Positions 1 to 10,825 of a stretch of DNA of 64,000 nt are shown in pieces. This stretch comes from Heptranchias perlo (lineage: Eukaryota). The notes below the pieces were generated by a model. That model was not told the origin of the DNA. It worked only from the letters and a program-made list of their open reading frames with translations, and did not search any database. The stretch spans positions 1,922,001-1,986,000 of the forward strand of contig NC_090326.1 of NCBI RefSeq assembly GCF_035084215.1, read 5' to 3'. A program made the translations under genes and the position numbers. Position 1 is the first letter of the stretch. The number at the start of each line of letters is the position of its first letter.

Positions 1-189
1 CACACTATTTCAGCCTTAGCTACAAATTAAATAGCAAATAGGACTGACATATGCATAAGCACAGAACAAATCCCAATAATGTACCCTGGGATTCAAACTA
101 AATAACAGCACACAACTCACACATTTTGAGTCTAAAAGATGCAGTATTCATGGCAATATTGTCCTATGAGATACAAATTCGATACCATT

Positions 190-590
190 TCAGATGTTAC
201 CCATATTGCACTCACATATATGTCCAAAAACCTCATAGTGTCGGAATGAAATGTACAGTTTTAATTCCTTTACAGCAGACTGAAGTACACATTTGATACC
301 AGTAAATAAATCTCATACAGTATCAGACTGAAAGATACAGCATCAATTCCATTAGTGCAGACTGAGCTATGCATAACATACCAGTCCAAAAATCTCATAT
401 CCTATCACACTGAAAGATACAGCATCAATTCCATTAGTACCGCCTGAGCTACACATTACATACCAGTCCAAAAATCTCTCAGTGCCAGATTGAAAGGTAC
501 ACAATCATTTCCATTAGTTCAGACTGAGCTACAAATTATATACAGTCCTATATTCATATGCAATCATACTGAAAAATACAGTATCAGTTC
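190..590 (+). repeat. ~82-bp minisatellite array
   Basis: Unit TCAGACTGAAAGATACAGTATCAATTCCATTAGTGCAGACTGAGCTACACATTACATACCAGTCCAAAAATCTCATACAGTA recurs at ~323, 405, 485. Confidence 0.85.
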
Positions 591-594
591 TGTT

Positions 595-1205
595 ACAGTA
601 CCAGAGACTGACATTTGGAATGCATCCCACACTCACACACAGTACCAGAGACTGGCACATACAGAATGAATCTCACACACACAAAGAACCAGAGACTGAT
701 AGATACAGAATGATGCTCATACTCACACACAGTAACCGAGGCTGACAAATAGAAAATGAATCCCACATTCACACACAGGTACCAGAGACTGACAGATATA
801 GAATGAATCCCACACTCAAACACAGTAAACGAGGCTGACAGATAAAGAATGAATCCCACACTCACACTCAGTACCAGAGACTGACAGATACAGAATTAGC
901 CCCACATTATACACAGCCAGAGACTGACAGATACAGAATTAACCCCACACTTACACACTGTACCAGAGACTGACTGATACAGAATGAATCCCACATTCAC
1001 ACACAGTACCAGAGACTGACTGACGCAGAATTAGCCCCACACTTACACACAGTACCAGAGACTGACAGACATAGAATTAACCCCACACTTACAGACGGTA
1101 CCAGAGACTGACAGATACAGAATTAATCCCACACTCACACACAATACCAGAGACTGAGAGATACAGAATGAATCCCACACTTACATGCAGTACCAGAGAC
1201 TGACA
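595..1205 (+). repeat. ~46-bp minisatellite array
   Basis: Unit CAGTACCAGAGACTGACAGATACAGAATGAATCCCACACTCACACA; TACCAGAG at 961, 1007, 1053. Confidence 0.92.
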
Positions 1206-1559
1206 CCCATAAGAGAGAACATAGTCACATCATTTGCCCTGGTTACAGAAACAGGACAATGTGCAATGTGAGTAAATTGTTTCTCTCTGTAATTTCTACT
1301 CTCGCATTTTTTCATATTTTGACAGTGAAAAATTAAGACAATTGATTCATAGTAAAGTTTTTGTTTTACTCATTCGGAAGTTGTGAATTTGCCCCATTAT
1401 ATTTCACTGTACATTGCGCAGTATTTCTGTCAGATTTCTCAGGACACAATTTACATTACTTCAAATAAATTGAACTAAAATAAAAATAAAAGCTGAGTGC
1501 AAGCTGAAAGGTTCAATGGCAGCCGTCAAAAGAGAAAAAGAGAAATGGATAAAATACAG

Positions 1560-1662
1560 AAAAAAATAAAACTGAAAATGCTGGAAAGACTCAGCAGGTC
1601 CTGCAGCATCTGTGGAGAAGGGATGCTCGTGTTAACAGTTCAGCTCTATGACCCTTCTGTAG
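1560..1662 (-). mobile_element. Old degenerate Penelope-type pLTR fragment of a second family; paralog at ~28020-28120
   Basis: AAAATGCTGGAAAGACTCAGCAGGTC..GCAGCATCTGTGGAGA..GTTAAC resembles, from memory, a common shark PLE terminal repeat; any hammerhead core is decayed. Confidence 0.45.
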
Positions 1663-2109
1663 ATCTGGATCAGTAGAGGGACAATTCTGTTTCGTATACA
1701 CTGTACAGATCAAGGCGAATAATAATACAAAGGAACAGAGTTAAAATTCAAAGTAATAGGGAACAGAAATGGACTTTGAAAGTTTTTTTTTACATAAATT
1801 AGACCTGTTTCTGTTTTGCAAACACAATCTCCCTGAATAGCATCAAATTCAGTTCCAGTCTTGGAGTTTCTGAAGTTAGCGTGCCGGGATTCAAACCTGT
1901 TGGAATTAACTGCTAGGAAGTCAGCTATGCTCACCAATATATACCACCTTACTTCACTAGGAGGGAGAAATAGAGTGTTTCTGTGGAGTTTGGGACTGAA
2001 TTGCTCCCTTTTGGTTTCTGGCACTTTAATCACAGACAATAAATAGTTGCCAAACATCAGCCCCTGAACAGACACAAGCTGGTGGAATTTCTCATTCATA
2101 GATAATAAA

Positions 2110-2975
2110 GGAGAGGATGACAAAAGAGAATACGAAGAGGTTAGGAAAATGTCATAAAAACAATTAGGGTAGCAAAGAGGAACTACAAAATTAAATTAGC
2201 AAGGAATATAAAAAGAAACAGTAAATTATTCTACAGACACATAATAACAAATGGAAAATCAGAATAGCTTGAGAGCCACTAAGGGATGCACAAGATAAAC
2301 TCACAGGTATTGTCAGCGAAATAGAAGAAATATTGAATTATTTCTTTGCCAGGGAGATTAACAGGGTGAACATGATATTAGATGGAGAGATCAATAAAGA
2401 TATCCAGATATTTAAGATAGAAAGTGTGGTAAGATTTCTGGTCCAGCTGGATTCCATCCACCACACATATTAAAAGAAACCAGGGAAGAGATAACAGAGG
2501 CACTATGACATATACAGAAAAAAATCATAAGAAAAGGGACTAGTGACAGAGGATTGGACGACAGCTAATGTGATTCTTATATTTTAAAAAAGGAAATCGG
2601 ACAAGTCCAGGGAACTTCATCAGTAGACCAGTTAACCTAACGTCAATGGTAGGAAAGATAATGGAATCTTTTACTTAATGATGCAATAGAAAAACATCTA
2701 GAAACCGAAAATATAATAAAGAATTGTCAGCATGGATTTCAGAAAGGGAAGGGTTAACAGTTTGGCAGAAGATTTGACAGTTTAAATTAGAGTTGACCAG
2801 TTTAACATAACTTATCTGCTTTTCAATTCTTTTGCTCTAGAAATGAGTCCCGGTGCTGTGTTTGCTTTTTTACATCCTTGGTTACCTGCATTGCTACTTT
2901 TAGTAATTTGTCAATCTGTACCCCTAGATCCCTCTGCTCTTCTACCCCATTTAGACTCTTATTTTCCAAGCCTAT
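2110..2975. mobile_element. Degenerate CR1 LINE RT fragments (+ 2110-2755, - 2800-2975); paralog at 28620-29645
   Basis: Remnants of YRPVxLTS and QHGFxKG on +; EQRDLGVQI on -. Confidence 0.7.
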
Positions 2976-3995
2976 GAACAAACATACGAACATACCAACA
3001 TGCAAATTAAGAGCAGGAGTAGGCCATTCGGCCCCTCGAGCCTGCTCTGCAATTTGATTAGATCATGGCTGATCTCATTTTGACCTCAACTCTACTTTCT
3101 CGACTACCTACTATAACCTTTGACTCCCTTGATAATCAGGAATCAATCTAACTCAGCCTTAAAAAATATTCAACAACCCTGCCTCCACCGGTCTCTGAGG
3201 AAGGGAGTTCCACAGACTCACGACCCTCTGATAGAAAAAAATTCTCCTCATCTCCATCTTAAATGGGAGACCCCTTATTTTTAATCTGTGTCTCCCAGTT
3301 CTCATCTCTCCCACAAGGGGAAACAACCTCTCAACATCTACCCCTTCAAGTCCCATCAGGATCTTATTTGATTCAATAACATCACTTCTCATTCTTCTAA
3401 ACTCCAGTGTATACAGGCCCAACCTATCCAACCTTTCCTCATAAGATGGCCCCCTCACCCCAGGAATCAGTCGAGTGAACCTTCTCTGCACTGCCTCTAA
3501 AGCAATTATGTCCTTTATTAAATAAGGAGACCAAAACTGCATACAGTATTCTAGACGTGGTCTCACCAATGCCCTGTACAACTGAAGCAAAACATCTCTA
3601 CTTTTATATTCCATTTCTTTTGCAATAAATGTTAACATTCCATTTGCTTTCCTAATCACTTGCTGTACCTGCATACTAACTTTGTGATTCATGTACTAGG
3701 ACACCCAGATCCCTCTGTACCCCAGAGTTCTGTAATCTGTCTCTATTTAAATAATATACTGCTTTTCTATTCCACCTGCCAAAGTGGACAAGTTCACATT
3801 TTCCAACATTATACTCCATCTGCCAACTTTTTGCCCATTAACTTAACCTATCAATATCCCTTTGCAGAATCCTTATGGTCTCTTCACAACTTACTTTTCT
3901 ACCTACCTTTGTGTCATTAGCAAATTTAGCAACCATACATTCGGTCCCTTCATCCAAGTCATTGATATAGATATAAATGCATGAGGCCCCTGCAC
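2976..3995 (-). mobile_element. CR1 LINE 3' part (RT C-terminus and 3' UTR)
   Basis: ORF 3159-3692 LYRALVRPRLEYCMQFWSP..VQRRFTRLIPG; 3' UTR with CCTACTCCTGCTC and short-repeat tail at ~2976-3020. Confidence 0.9.
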
Positions 3996-6900
3996 TCATC
4001 CCTGTGGCACTCCCGGTGCCAGGGTTAAGGACATCTCCTCATGGCTGGAGAGAAACTTGGAGTGGGAGGGGGGAAATCCAGTTGTTGTGATGAACATAGG
4101 TACCAACGACATAGGTAGGACTAAGAAAGAGGTTCTGCTGAGGGAGTTTGAGCAGCTAGGGACTAAATTAAACATCAGAACCACAAAGGTGATAATCTCC
4201 GGATTATTACCTGAGCCACGAGCAAATTGGCACAGGGTAAATCAGATCAGCGTGGCTCAAAAATTGGTGTGGGAGAATTGGGTTTCGATTCATGGGGCAC
4301 TGGCACCAGTATTGGGGAAAGAGAGAGCTGTTTCATGGGAACGGGCTTCACCTGAGCCATGCTGGGACCAGTGTTCTGGCAAACCGAATAACTAGGGCAG
4401 GAGAGAAGGCTTTTAACTAAATAGAGGAAGGGAGGGCTCAGGTGGGGTGAAGTTTAGATTGATAAAGAGAAAAGACAAGGAAGTAGTACAGGAAAGTGAT
4501 GGGGGTAATGATTAATTGAGTGTCAGGAAGGGACAGAGCGTACAAACATAAGAGCGCACTAGCAAATGGGGCCGGGGTAGGAAAGAATGGTAAAAATACA
4601 ACATTAAAGGTTCTTTATCTGCTTGAGCGCAGCATTCGTAATAAGACACATGAATTGACGGCACAAATAGAAACAAATGGGTATGATCTCATGGCCATTA
4701 CAGAGACATGGTTGCAAGGTGACCAAGGTTGGGAGCTAAATATTCAGGGTTATTTAACATTTTGGAAGGATAGGAAAAAAGGTAAATTTGGTGGGGTAAC
4801 TCTGTTAATAAAGGATGAAATTGGTATAATATTGAGAAATTATCTTGATCAAGATGTTGAATCAATTTGGGTGGAGGTAAGAAATAGCAAGGGAAATAAA
4901 TCATTGGTGGGAGTAGTATATAGGCCCCCTAACAGTAGCTACACTGTAGGGCAAAACATTAATCAGGAAATAAGGGGGGCTTGTAAAAAAGGTAATGCAA
5001 TAATCATGGGCGATTTTAACTTTCACATAGATTGGACAAATCAAATTGGCAAAAATAGTCCTGAGGACTATTGTACTAGGGACTGTTTCTTAGACCAATA
5101 CATCAGGCAACCAACCAGGGAACAGGCCATTTTGGATCTGGTAATGGGTAACGAAACAGGATTAATTAATGATCTCAAAATAAAGGATCCCTTGAAGCAG
5201 TGATCATAACATGATAGAATTTCACATCCAGTTTGAGAGCGAGGATCTTGGGTCTGAAACTACTGTATTAAACTTAGATAAGGGCAATTATAAAGGAATG
5301 AGAGTAGAATTGGCTAAAGTGGACTGGGTAAACAGATTAGATAGTATGATGGTGGGTAAGCAGTGGCAAACATTTAAAAGATATTTTATGACTAGCAGAA
5401 AAAATATATCCCTGTGAGGAGGAAGTTTGGGAAAACTTTAAAAAAACAGCAAAGGATGACTAGAAGAATAATTAAGAGGGAGAAAATAAATTATGAGAGT
5501 AAACTAGCAAGTAATATAAAAACTGTGGTGAACATGTGGAATTCTCTACCACAGAAGGCTGTGGAGGCCAATTCACTGAATATATTTAAGAAGGAGCTGG
5601 ATAGATTTCGAGAAAAAAAGGCATCAAGGGGTATTGGGAGAGAGCGGGAATATGCTATTGAGATAGAGGATCAGTCATGATCATATTGAATGGCGGAGCA
5701 GGCTCAAAGGGCCGAATGGCCTACTCCTGCTCCTATTTTCTATGTTTCTATGAGAGTAAACGCTTCTACAAGTATATAAAAAGGAAAAGGGTAGCTAAAG
5801 TAAAGATTGGTCCCTTAGAGGATGAGACTGGGGAAATAATAATGAAAAGCAAGGGACTGGCAGATATTTTGTATCTGTCTTCACAGCAGAAGACACCAAT
5901 AACATACCAATAATAGTAGAAAATCAAGGTGCAAAGTGGAGGGAGGAACTAAAAACAATCACTATCATTAGAGAAAAAGTACTAGGTAAACTAATGGGTC
6001 TAAAGACTGACAAGTCCCCTGGACCTGATGGCTTGCAACCGAGGGTCTTAAAGGATTCTGGAAAGATCTCAACGGATTGGAAAACCACAAACATAACACC
6101 CCTATTCAAGAAGGGAGTGAGATAGAAAGCAGGTAACTATAGACCTGTTAGCCTAACATCTGTCATTGGGAAAATGCTAGAATCCATTATTATGGAAGTA
6201 GTAGCAGGACATTTGGAGACTCAGAATACAATCAAGAAGAGTCAACATGGTTTTATGAAGGGGAAATCGTGTCTGACAAATGTATTAAAGTTCTTTGAGG
6301 AAATAACGGGCAGGGTGTTTAAAAGGGAACGAATGGATGCAGTATATTTGGATTTTCAAAAGGCATTCGATAAGGTGCCACATAAAAGATTACTGCACAA
6401 TTTAAGAGCTCATGGTTTTGGGGGAAATATACTGGCATGCTTAGAGGATTGGTGAACTAACAGAAAACAAAGAGTCGGGATAAAAGGGTCATTTTCAAAA
6501 TGGCAATCTCTAACCAGTGGGGTGCAGCAGGGCTCTGTGCTGGGGCCTCTACTATTTACAATATATATCAATGATTTGGATGAAGGAACAGAGTGTCTTG
6601 TGGCCAAATTTGCTGATGATACAAAGATAGATGGAAAAGCAAGTTGCGATGAGGACACAATGTGTCTGCAAAGGGATATTGACAGGTTTAGCGAATGGGC
6701 AAAAATTTGGCAGATGGAATATAATGTCTGAAAATGTGATGTCATCCACTTTGGGAAGAAAAATAAAAAAGCAAAATATTACTTGAATGGAGAAATTCAA
6801 CAAAATGCTGCGGTACAGAGGGATCTGGGTGTCCTCGTAAATGAAACACAAAAAGTCAACATACAGGTGGAGCAAGTAATCTGGAAGGCAAACGGAATAT

Positions 6901-7530
6901 TGGCCTTTATTTCTAGGGGGATGGACTATAAAAGCAGGGAAGTCATGCTACAACTGTACACGATGCTGGTGAGACCACACCAGGAGAACTGTGAACAGTT
7001 CTGGTGCCCTTATTTAAGCAAGGACATACTTGCGTTGGAGCCAGTTCAGAGAAGGTTCACTAGGTTGATTCCGAGTATGAAAGGGTTGCTTTATGCGGAA
7101 AGATTGAACAGGTTGTGTCTATACTCATTGGAGTTTAGAAGAATGAGAAGAGATCTTATTGGAACATACAAAATTCTGAGGGGACTCGATAGGGTAGATG
7201 CTGACAGGATGTTAACCCTCATGGGGGAATCTAAAACTAGGAGGCATAGTCCCAGAATATAGTTTGCCCATTTAAGACAGAAATGAGGAGGAATTTCTTC
7301 TCCCAGAGGGTCATGAATCTTTAGAATTATTTAAGCTGTGGAGGCTGAGTCATTGAATACATTCAAGGCTGAGTTGGACGAATTTTTGATCAGCAAGGGA
7401 GTCAAAGAATATGGAGAAAGGACGGGAAAGTGGAGTTGAGGTAAAAATCAGATCAGCCATGATCTCGTTAAATTGTGGAGCAGTCTTGAGGGATCGAATG
7501 GCCTACTCCTGCTCCTATCTCTTGTGGACT
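3996..7530 (+). mobile_element. Near full-length degenerate CR1 LINE: ORF1 SGNH esterase, APE endonuclease, RT
   Basis: VVVMNIGTNDIG (4057-), AITETWL/VVYRPP/IMGDFN (4520-), YLDFQKAFDKVPH, QGSVLGP, KFADDTK; many stops and frameshifts; 3' UTR at ~7450-7530. Confidence 0.92.
5524..5752 (+). mobile_element. Short 5'-truncated CR1 3' end nested inside the 3996-7530 CR1
   Basis: VVNMWNSLPQKAVEA plus 3' UTR ending TTTCTATGTTTCTATG interrupts the host NIK..SKRFYKY segment. Confidence 0.8.
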
Positions 7531-7534
7531 TATG

Positions 7535-7920
7535 GCCTTACTGCACTCCTTACATCTTGCCAACCTGAAAATGGCCCATTTATGCCTACTCTCTGTTTCC
7601 TGTTAGATAACCAATCCTTTATCCATGCTAATATGTTACCCCCTACACCATGAGTTCTTATTTTGTGTAGAAGCCTTTGATGTGGCACCTTGTCAAATGC
7701 CTTCTGGAAATCCAAGTACGCCACATTCACAGGATCCCCTTCATCCACATTGCTTGTTACTTCCTCAAAGAGCTCAAAGAAATGTCAAACTGGCCTCATT
7801 ATTCTCCTTAGCAAAATGCACCATCTCACACCTTTCTATATCGAACTTCAATGGCCACTTACATGACCATTCATCAAGCTTATTAACGCCTTCTTGCATT
7901 TTTTAGCAGTCTTTCTCAGT
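7535..7920 (-). mobile_element. CR1 RT fragments
   Basis: YLDFQKAFDKVPHQRLL..WIKDWLSNRKQRV (7530-7748). Confidence 0.8.
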
Positions 7921-8126
7921 AATGACTATACCCCTCTAAATTAATTACAAGCATTTAACACAGCCGTTTGGTCTAACGTGCAGCTCGTGCAACAAACGTG
8001 AATAATTAGTTTATGTTCTGTCTCTCTCCCATCTGCAAACTTCACTGTCCTGGGGTTTGCAGACATCTACTATCTGGAAGCAGAACTGCAACAGTTCAGA
8101 ACCAATTGCTAAAACCAAACAATGCG

Positions 8127-8560
8127 TGGACGAGTCCGTTTTTCATTTGTTCACTTGGTGTGGGAGGCTGCAGTCCCTGTTTGATTATTTGGGGGGCTGC
8201 TCCTCAAGTTCTGGCTGCACTTCAGTCCCACACTCCTGATCTTTGGCCGCCCGGTGAGGAGGGGGGCGGGCAGGTAGGTGGACGTCCTCGTGGGCCTGCT
8301 CCTAGGCCTGTCCAAGGTGTCTATCCACAGGTCCAGGTTGGACGTGGCCCGTGGGGGCAGTCACTCGGACTGTCTGCCTCTCTTCCGCGGAATTCTCCGT
8401 GCCCTAGTGGCCCTGGAGATGGAGCACGCGGTGTCTGCAGGAATGCTTGATGCTTTTCGCGACCGGTGGGCACCACAGGGGCTGTAGTGCATCCTGGACC
8501 AGAATAATAAAATTTTGATTTAACACTTGTTTTGGTTTTTCTTTGTTTTTCTCTGCACAT
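8127..8560 (+). mobile_element. Tx1-clade (L1 group) LINE 3' fragment inserted upstream of H2B
   Basis: ESVFHLFTWCGRLQSLFDYL/LLLKFWLHFSPTLLIFG/LVGLLLGLSKVSIHRSR..FRDRWAPQG resembles a Tx1 ORF2 C-terminus; absent from the paralogous sites at 30110-30125 and 57150-57170. Confidence 0.7.
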
Positions 8561-8574
8561 AAGCGTGAGCGTGT

Positions 8575-8716
8575 TTGTGATTGGTGGAAGGTACTAAATT
8601 TGATTGGATATCTGAAGAAACCAATCAGAGGGTAAAAGGAAAAATATTGTCCAATCACAATCATTGTCTTCATCCATCCCTCATTAGCATAGGGCCGTCG
8701 CGGGTACCTATTTAAT
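8575..8716 (+). promoter_or_regulatory. H2B promoter: CCAAT boxes, octamer-like ATTAGCAT, TATA-like TATTTAA
   Basis: ATTGG at 8580 and 8603, CCAATCA at 8621 and 8651, ATTAGCAT 8683-8690, TATTTAA ~8709; conserved in the other two H2B copies. Confidence 0.75.
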
Positions 8717-8768
8717 CTGGGCTCGGAGCGGATTTAGGTCATTTCTGGGTTTGAAATTGAGTGTGAAA

Positions 8769-9143
8769 ATGCCTGAGGACAAGAAAGCAGCTCCCAAGAA
8801 GGGTGCCAAGAAAACCTTGAGTAAAACGCCAGCAAAGGGCGGAAAGAAGCGGAGAAGGTCGAGGAAGGAGAGTTACTCCATCTACATCTACAAAGTGATG
8901 AGGCAGGTTCACCCCGACACCGGCATCTCCTCCAAGGCGATGGGCATCATGAACTCCTTTGTGAACGATATTTTCGAGCGCATCGCGGGTGAGGCTTCCC
9001 GCTTGGCCCACTACAACAAACGGGCGACCATCAGCTCACGGGAGATCCAGACCGCTGTGCGCCTGCTGCTGCCCGGAGAACTGGCCAAGCACGCCGTGTC
9101 GGAAGGGACAAAGGCGGTGACCAAGTACACCAGCTCCAAGTAA
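8769..9143 (+). CDS. H2B: Histone H2B (124 aa)
   Basis: [30 protein letters not shown]; intronless, followed by a stem-loop. Confidence 0.97.
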   Translation: MPEDKKAAPKKGAKKTLSKTPAKGGKKRRRSRKESYSIYIYKVMRQVHPDTGISSKAMGIMNSFVNDIFERIAGEASRLAHYNKRATISSREIQTAVRLLLPGELAKHAVSEGTKAVTKYTSSK

Positions 9144-9179
9144 AGCTCCACAATGAGATGAAAGAAACGTAAACACAAA

Positions 9180-9200
9180 GGCTCTTTTAAGAGCCACCCA
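9180..9200 (+). terminator. Histone 3' stem-loop (H2B)
   Basis: GGCTCTTTTAAGAGCC-ACCCA. Confidence 0.95.
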
Positions 9201-10177
9201 CATCCTCTCTGATAAGGCTGTACCGACACCTCTGTGTGGAATCATTCTATTGTACATAATTTGATACTAACTGTCTTTCAATAACTCGTGGTTTTATTTT
9301 TTTCTCTTGCAATCTGGAAGATTCTCATGATCACCGCTAGGGTTTACCTATGTGTCGCTGTTAAATGTAGTCCCAATGACCAAACACGTGTCACTGATCC
9401 TATCATTCCCGTTCATATTCCGCCCCTGCCCCCTCAACTACCCCTTCAGAGCCGTTTTAAGGGCGGTGGATCAGACTTCAGTCATTTCATTCTCCTTCTC
9501 ACTTTTGTTTATTCACTATTCGGGAATATCAGTTGATTAACCGCAAAACCCTTTATAATGTAGCAACTCTGAAAGGGACTTCACACCGAGAACAGAATAG
9601 CGTAAAGGCTCTGTCACTGTTCCTTTCCTTAAACCAGGAGTCTTGGCTCCGTTTAAATCCTGCTCCTGTGAACAGGGATCTACCCACAATCTGTGGTTTG
9701 CTACTTTTACAAACATTGAGCTGGAATCTGTCCCGTTACAAAAAGGGCTTTATCCCGCCCATTTGAAAGCGAACGGAGAATGAAGCGACGTATTGATCCG
9801 ATTGTAAAAGAGTCTCTAACTTGTGACGGGACATGTGAAACGACAGAATATAAGGAGATGGATTTTTAATCCTTTGTATAATGGTGACATTATTTTGCTA
9901 AATCCGCTTCTTGTGTTACAAATATATTGGCGGGCTTTTCAAATTTCAAAAAAACGTTTCAGGTCTGATAATTGGGCCCCTATTTCCGCCCTTTTCTCAT
10001 TGTCGGCTAATGATTGGTGAATAAAACCGCTCTGTTTGATTCAACGAAGAGCTGAATGAGATTGAGAACAGATGGGCCAATCACAAGAGCCCCCGCTGTA
10101 ATCCTCCAGAAGGTATAAGAAGGGCGAGTGCGGGAGGATTTCTTCATTCTTTGTGAAAGTGTTTGTGAGATGTGGAA

Positions 10178-10280
10178 ATAACTGGAAGAGGAAAAAACCG
10201 GCGGAAAATTCGGGCCAAGGTGAAGTCTCGCTCATCTCGGGCCGGACTGCAGTTCCCTGTGGGCCGTGTTTACTGGCTCC
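10178..10280 (+). pseudogene. H2A: H2A pseudogene: start codon lost, codons ~35 to end and stem-loop deleted
   Basis: ATA-ACT-GGA-AGA-GG..TCTCGGGCCGGACTGCAGTTCCCTGTGGGCCGTGTT joins directly to CCACTGTA..GAAAGGGCT, the post-stem-loop sequence of the H2A at 54920; promoter (CCAAT, TATAAG) retained. Confidence 0.9.
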
Positions 10281-10825
10281 CACTGTACCGATGAAAGGGC
10301 TGACTACTGTCTGAAGAGAGTCAGAGAGATTAATTTAATAATAAATGTTTCAGATCTGGTCATTTTACTCTCGATTTCATGCCCCTGTGACGCTGAATAC
10401 CAACAATAACACTAACGCTAACAATAACTTGTTAAATGCAAATAATCCATATCGGCCTGTTGCATTACTCGCTTCCGGACAGTAGATGCCGCCAACGTTC
10501 AATAGGTTGAAACTTGCAGCTTGAATAGGAAATGAGGCACACAATAATCATAATTCTTATTAAGCTAGGCGGATGGGATACAGAAATACCAGGGACATTT
10601 AATCATCGGCAACAAGAGGCACTCTTTTGTGTCCCGGCCATTATTATTTACAGTTTCGTCCTCCGACAACACTCCCACAGTCTGTCTTCTGTTACCCAGA
10701 TTTGTGCGCCAGAAGGTGACTGATGTGTTGTTTATTGTAGCGATTGCGGAATCAGTGAATGAAGTCTCTCTGTTATTGGATCCTAGTGAGGGATTTGTAT
10801 GCCCATGTCACTCTGTCCCTATATC

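Noticed and set aside
593-865. Cys/Val/Ser-rich ORFs over the 46-bp arrays (also 44431-46379 and 59086-60607), superficially like C2H2 'ECG' motifs or membrane proteins
   Set aside because: The unit is 46 bp, so the frame rotates each unit; there are no HxxxH or TGEKP motifs and stops are frequent
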